DNA of 32,000 nt from positions 210,001 through 242,000 of the forward strand of contig NC_021219.1 in assembly GCF_000392435.1 (NCBI RefSeq), given 5' to 3'. Shown here one piece after another: positions 28,356 to 32,000 of this stretch. The stretch is from Candidatus Saccharimonas aalborgensis (GTDB taxonomy: Bacteria > Patescibacteriota > Saccharimonadia > Saccharimonadales > Saccharimonadaceae). Below the pieces are notes generated by a model. The model was not told the DNA's origin. It was given only the letters and a program-made list of their open reading frames with translations, and ran no database searches. Within the stretch, counting starts at the first letter, position 1; the number at the start of each line of letters is the position of its first letter. Position numbers and translations under genes: made by a program.

Positions 28356-30755
28356 GTGACTATGCAGACAATAAAACGAGTGGTGCTGAGTTTGGTAATC
28401 GCAGCAGCTCCATTTTTCGTTGTATCACCCGTATCGGCCGCCGTCGACACCTGTACGTGGACTGGTGCCGTTGATAATACCTGGAGCAATGGAGGCAACT
28501 GGACGGGTTGTGACAACGCCGGCGTGCCAGAAAACGGCGATGCGCTGACTTTTCCTGAGGTTGCAAACAATAAATCTATGAACAATGACCTCGTAGGACT
28601 TTCTGTGACCGGACTCAGTTTCACTGGTACCGGCTACACGGTAGGCGGAAATGCATTTAGTATCAGTACCGTGACAGCGCTCGATGCCACAGAATCCGTC
28701 ACAATCAACGCCGACATTACCTATACGGCTTTTAACGCTTCTATCACGCCAAGTGCTGGTAAAACCGTCACGATTAACGGCGTAAGCAACTTCACACTTG
28801 GCGGTGGCGAGGTCAATATAGGCGGCTCCGGTCGATCTGGTACGGTCGACTTCTATGGCAACATCACCGGAACCGCAGCCCAACTCGTAGCCGTCAGCGG
28901 GGCAACTGCTGTTGTGCGAGGTGCCGCCAACACATACACGGCCGCAACAGTCGGTGCCGAGAGCAATGCGCATTTTGTCTGCCGCTCACTCACTTGTTTT
29001 GGAGACAACGCCAACGATATTTATAGTGGCGGTGGTGTCGTTGAACTACACACAACCGGCACATACGTAAACAACATTCAGACATCTGTAGTCACTCCCG
29101 ATACTTCCTCTATATGGGCCTACGATGATGTGACGCTCAACGGTGCAATAACGGTCAATGACGGCCTGTACTTCGGGCAAGGCACCAATGGTAAAACATT
29201 GGCTGTCGATGGCGATGTAAACCTCGCCGCAGAAGACTTGCAAATCTCCGGTATGAGCCGTGCGGCAAATGTTGTTATAAATGGTGTGGTAAGTGGCAAT
29301 CATAGTATTTTCGTTTACTCGTCTACACTGACACTAGCTGGGACCAATACATATACCGGTGCTACCTATGCGACATCTAATAACGCAACGATTGAGGTAA
29401 CAAACCAAAGCGGACTCGGTACGAGTGGCGCTGGCACGCAAATCGGCGATGGTGATTCACTAGAGTTCAACTTTGCGAGTGCCCAGACAGTGAGCGAGCC
29501 GCTGTATGTTATGGGTACTGGTGTATCTGGTACGGGTGCAGTTGTCCAGACGGGTGCATCAACAACGCTATCTGGTGCTATTGCGCTCGCCGGTGACACA
29601 ACCTTTGGCGTCGATAGCAACGCACTATTTTCAGCCTTCATGCTCTCAGGGGTTATATCTGGAACTGGGAATATTACCGTTACTACCAGCCCAACGACCG
29701 TGGTGGCCAATAGCTCTATCCAGTTTACTGGCGCCTCACCCAACACTTACACTGGTAAATTGACCGTCCAGGGCGTTCGTTTCTACCCTAGTAAAGCAGC
29801 TAGTGTCGTTGCGGTTACCGGCGACATGGACGTGCTCGCTTCAGCTAGCAAGCCATCGACTGTCGAGACCGCGTTCAGCGAATCGATCGCAGACACGAGC
29901 CACGTGCATCTTGTCAAAGACGGCAGCAACAAAGCAAGTTTGAGTATCGGCTCAAGCGCAACCGAAACCATCGGCTACGTCACGGGTGATGGTGAATTGT
30001 CGGTAGGTGCCAATGGCGCAGCTGTTGTTCTCACCAGCAACGCTGACTACACATTTAGTGGAACTGTCTCGAAATTTAGTAACTTCCCAGCTGGTGATTC
30101 CTTTGTCGTCAAAAAAGGTACCGGTACAGCAACTCTCACTGGCGGTCTCGATACAAGCTATATCGCAGGTGTCGCCCCAGTATTTGGCGCCCAAGAAGGA
30201 TCACTTATCTTAAATGGTGTATTTACGGAAGCGGGTACGCAGGTCTTGAGTGGCGCGACACTCAAAGGCACTGGAACAGTTGGCGCTGTCACTGTCGATA
30301 ACGGCGGCGCAGTGAGTGTTGGCAATAGCCCTGGTTGTATGACCTTCGGCTCACTGACCCTCAACTCTGGCTCCACATACACGCAAGAGATCTCTGGCAC
30401 AACCGCCTGTACACAGTACGACCAAGCAACCGTCACCGGCGCCGCAGTGCTTGGCAATGCGACTCTAGCTACTACACTAAGTACAAACCCTGCTGACGGC
30501 ACTGTCTTCACAATCTTGACCGCAGCGTCGGTCAGCGGCACATTTAACGGTCTCCCAGACGGCGCTACCGTGAACGTCAACGGCGTTACACTACGTATTA
30601 ACTACACCGCAACATCAGTCACCTTGACGAAAGTTGGCGGTAACCTTGCACCAACCGGATCGTCTACCGCTATCTACGGGCTACTCGGTCTATGTATGGT
30701 GCTGCTTTCCACTCTTGCACTCAGACGTTATCGATTTAACAATCACACTAATTAG
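28356..30755 (+). CDS. large secreted surface protein with autotransporter-associated beta-strand (PATR) repeats and C-terminal LAPTG cell-wall sorting signal
   Basis: Signal peptide (..VVSPVSA|AVD). Repeated G.LTL.G.NTYTG.T units (STLTLAGTNTYTGATY, GASPNTYTGKLTV, GTGTATLTGG). The C-terminus has LAPTG (30645..30659), a hydrophobic helix and an RRYR tail. Confidence 0.85.
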   Translation: MTMQTIKRVVLSLVIAAAPFFVVSPVSAAVDTCTWTGAVDNTWSNGGNWTGCDNAGVPENGDALTFPEVANNKSMNNDLVGLSVTGLSFTGTGYTVGGNAFSISTVTALDATESVTINADITYTAFNASITPSAGKTVTINGVSNFTLGGGEVNIGGSGRSGTVDFYGNITGTAAQLVAVSGATAVVRGAANTYTAATVGAESNAHFVCRSLTCFGDNANDIYSGGGVVELHTTGTYVNNIQTSVVTPDTSSIWAYDDVTLNGAITVNDGLYFGQGTNGKTLAVDGDVNLAAEDLQISGMSRAANVVINGVVSGNHSIFVYSSTLTLAGTNTYTGATYATSNNATIEVTNQSGLGTSGAGTQIGDGDSLEFNFASAQTVSEPLYVMGTGVSGTGAVVQTGASTTLSGAIALAGDTTFGVDSNALFSAFMLSGVISGTGNITVTTSPTTVVANSSIQFTGASPNTYTGKLTVQGVRFYPSKAASVVAVTGDMDVLASASKPSTVETAFSESIADTSHVHLVKDGSNKASLSIGSSATETIGYVTGDGELSVGANGAAVVLTSNADYTFSGTVSKFSNFPAGDSFVVKKGTGTATLTGGLDTSYIAGVAPVFGAQEGSLILNGVFTEAGTQVLSGATLKGTGTVGAVTVDNGGAVSVGNSPGCMTFGSLTLNSGSTYTQEISGTTACTQYDQATVTGAAVLGNATLATTLSTNPADGTVFTILTAASVSGTFNGLPDGATVNVNGVTLRINYTATSVTLTKVGGNLAPTGSSTAIYGLLGLCMVLLSTLALRRYRFNNHTN

Positions 30756-30768
30756 CCGGAGGTAACCT

Positions 30769-31407
30769 ATGAAAGCTAAGCTACTGATCGCTGCCCTTGT
30801 CAGCTGTGCCGTGATTGCTGGAGGAGTATTCCTCTTTGTTAGCAAGAGTAACCCTAACGCACCGAGTGGTGGAGCAACCCCCTCGCAAAATAACACATCT
30901 GATACAACACCAGACTCACCAAAACTCAAAGCCCAAACCGTTGGTCAATTAGCCGACTGCTCTACCTACACGTTTGACGAACTCAGCAAGGTCTGGGGTG
31001 TGCCCTTTGTTGATACCGATATCAACAAAGTCTCCGAGTTGTCGACAAGCGGCGGCAAGCTATACTCCTGTACCTACAACCAGACCGATTCCGGCACCGG
31101 TGTGAGCTATGTCATAGAATACCGTGAACATCCGAGCGTTGAAAGCGCAAAGCAAAGCATGAACGACACTCGCAGCACCGAAAAATACGGCGACAAAGTG
31201 TATTACCTCAAAGAGGACAAAGCCGGCGTCGGTGACGAAGCATTTTTCTGGGCGCGTAACCGCACTGACGGCAGTAAGGAGCCCAATCAACAGATGTATA
31301 TCCGGAAGGGAGCTGTCGTATTCCTTCTCTCAGCGATAAATCTCGATGGTGTCAATTCGACCTACAAAGATAAGCTAGTATCTTCTTATAAATTACACTA
31401 TGAATAA
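30769..31407 (+). CDS. membrane-anchored/secreted hypothetical protein co-transcribed with the surface protein
   Basis: GGAGG SD; the ATG is 13 nt after the upstream stop. N-terminal TM/signal anchor, a Ser/Thr/Pro linker and a ~150-aa globular domain. No family recognised. Confidence 0.6.
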   Translation: MKAKLLIAALVSCAVIAGGVFLFVSKSNPNAPSGGATPSQNNTSDTTPDSPKLKAQTVGQLADCSTYTFDELSKVWGVPFVDTDINKVSELSTSGGKLYSCTYNQTDSGTGVSYVIEYREHPSVESAKQSMNDTRSTEKYGDKVYYLKEDKAGVGDEAFFWARNRTDGSKEPNQQMYIRKGAVVFLLSAINLDGVNSTYKDKLVSSYKLHYE

Positions 31408-31418
31408 ATATTCAGCCG

Positions 31419-32000
31419 TTAGAACTGACTACTAAAGGCGCGTAAGTGGTTCTCGGAACCCCTACGAAGCCCCTCTAGGGTCAAGATAACGTCCTGATCA
31501 CTGGCAGTTTTGAGCTGAGCGTTGATATCTGCAATATCTTTTTCCTCGATTGCAATCCCGGCCTTATATGCCTGGATAACGCTTTTGCTACCTTGAGCGA
31601 TCAGTTGATTATACAGGGTCTGTAGTTCTTGATTACGAAATACTCCGAGTTCGGCCGACCGCGGATCAGCAACATTTCGCGCTTGGAGCAACGTCAGAAC
31701 TCGGCTTTGATGTGCCTGTTCGCTACTAAGTATGTTACCGAATACCCTAACTCCATAGAGCTCATACATCTTTGTGTAGACATCGTGTGCAAGCTTCTCT
31801 TCCTCAATAAGGTACAACAGGAGCGACTCTGTCGTGTCTTTGGTAGCAGAACCTTGTTCAATTGTAGAATCAAACGCATTGGAATTATTTGCTACCATGT
31901 TTGTTTGAATCTTATTCGTGGGAGAGGGCTCATACCGAATGGCGACACTATAACCTACTACACCCGCTAGTATCGTTATTGCTATAGCTATTATAGCGGT
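31419..32000 (-). CDS. DUF2202 (ferritin-like) domain protein, 5' end outside window
   Basis: L.YL.EEEKLA.DVY......YG...F.NI..SEQ.H...V..LL motif. The frame stays open upstream of M at 31898 to the window edge and encodes a TM helix (TAIIAIAITILAGVVGY), so the true start lies beyond 32000. Confidence 0.75.
   Translation of the reverse strand, partial: TAIIAIAITILAGVVGYSVAIRYEPSPTNKIQTNMVANNSNAFDSTIEQGSATKDTTESLLLYLIEEEKLAHDVYTKMYELYGVRVFGNILSSEQAHQSRVLTLLQARNVADPRSAELGVFRNQELQTLYNQLIAQGSKSVIQAYKAGIAIEEKDIADINAQLKTASDQDVILTLEGLRRGSENHLRAFSSQF

Noticed and set aside
28425-30580. Several minus-strand ORFs (182, 126 and 140 aa, among others) opposite the PATR surface-protein gene
   Set aside because: They are the typical open antisense frames produced by the repetitive Gly/Thr/Ala codon usage of the real gene. 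There is no independent support for them.

Overview
This 32-kb chromosomal segment is densely coding, with about 40 CDS and 3 tRNA genes, mostly on the minus strand and often with overlapping start/stop codons. I saw no rRNA, CRISPR array, transposase or integrase. The content is largely housekeeping and envelope maintenance: ABC exporter, ligA, lemA-htpX, secG, pepP, uvrC, corA, msrA/msrB, a PadR/MFS pair, DUF1801/DUF1697/AlkD-like genes and a type IV pilin. A sortase-type (LAPTG) surface protein, compact repair genes and the absence of biosynthetic genes suggest a small-genome, Gram-positive-type organism, possibly Patescibacteria/CPR (Saccharibacteria-like); this is inference only. The stand-out is a three-gene minus-strand cassette at 6392..9603. 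Its first gene encodes a ~740-aa protein that fuses a zeta-toxin-like P-loop kinase to a C-terminal Fic/Doc-like domain with a non-canonical motif (HFFADGCGKTAK). That gene's stop overlaps (ATGA) the start of a stand-alone SpoT/Mesh1-type HD hydrolase gene, which is followed by a small acidic protein of unknown function. I interpret this as a candidate undescribed toxin/enzymatic-antidote or conflict module. Secondary observations:
- a beta-helical PATR-repeat surface protein with an LAxTG sorting signal
- an alpha/beta-hydrolase gene interrupted by one in-frame TAG
- a LigA lacking all four zinc-finger cysteines
- a CorA with SMN instead of GMN
- a tRNA-Cys with a non-canonical D-loop/T-loop
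- divergent msrA/msrB start codons 21 bp apart around a palindromic -10-like element
All homology calls come from motif recognition by eye; no searches were run.
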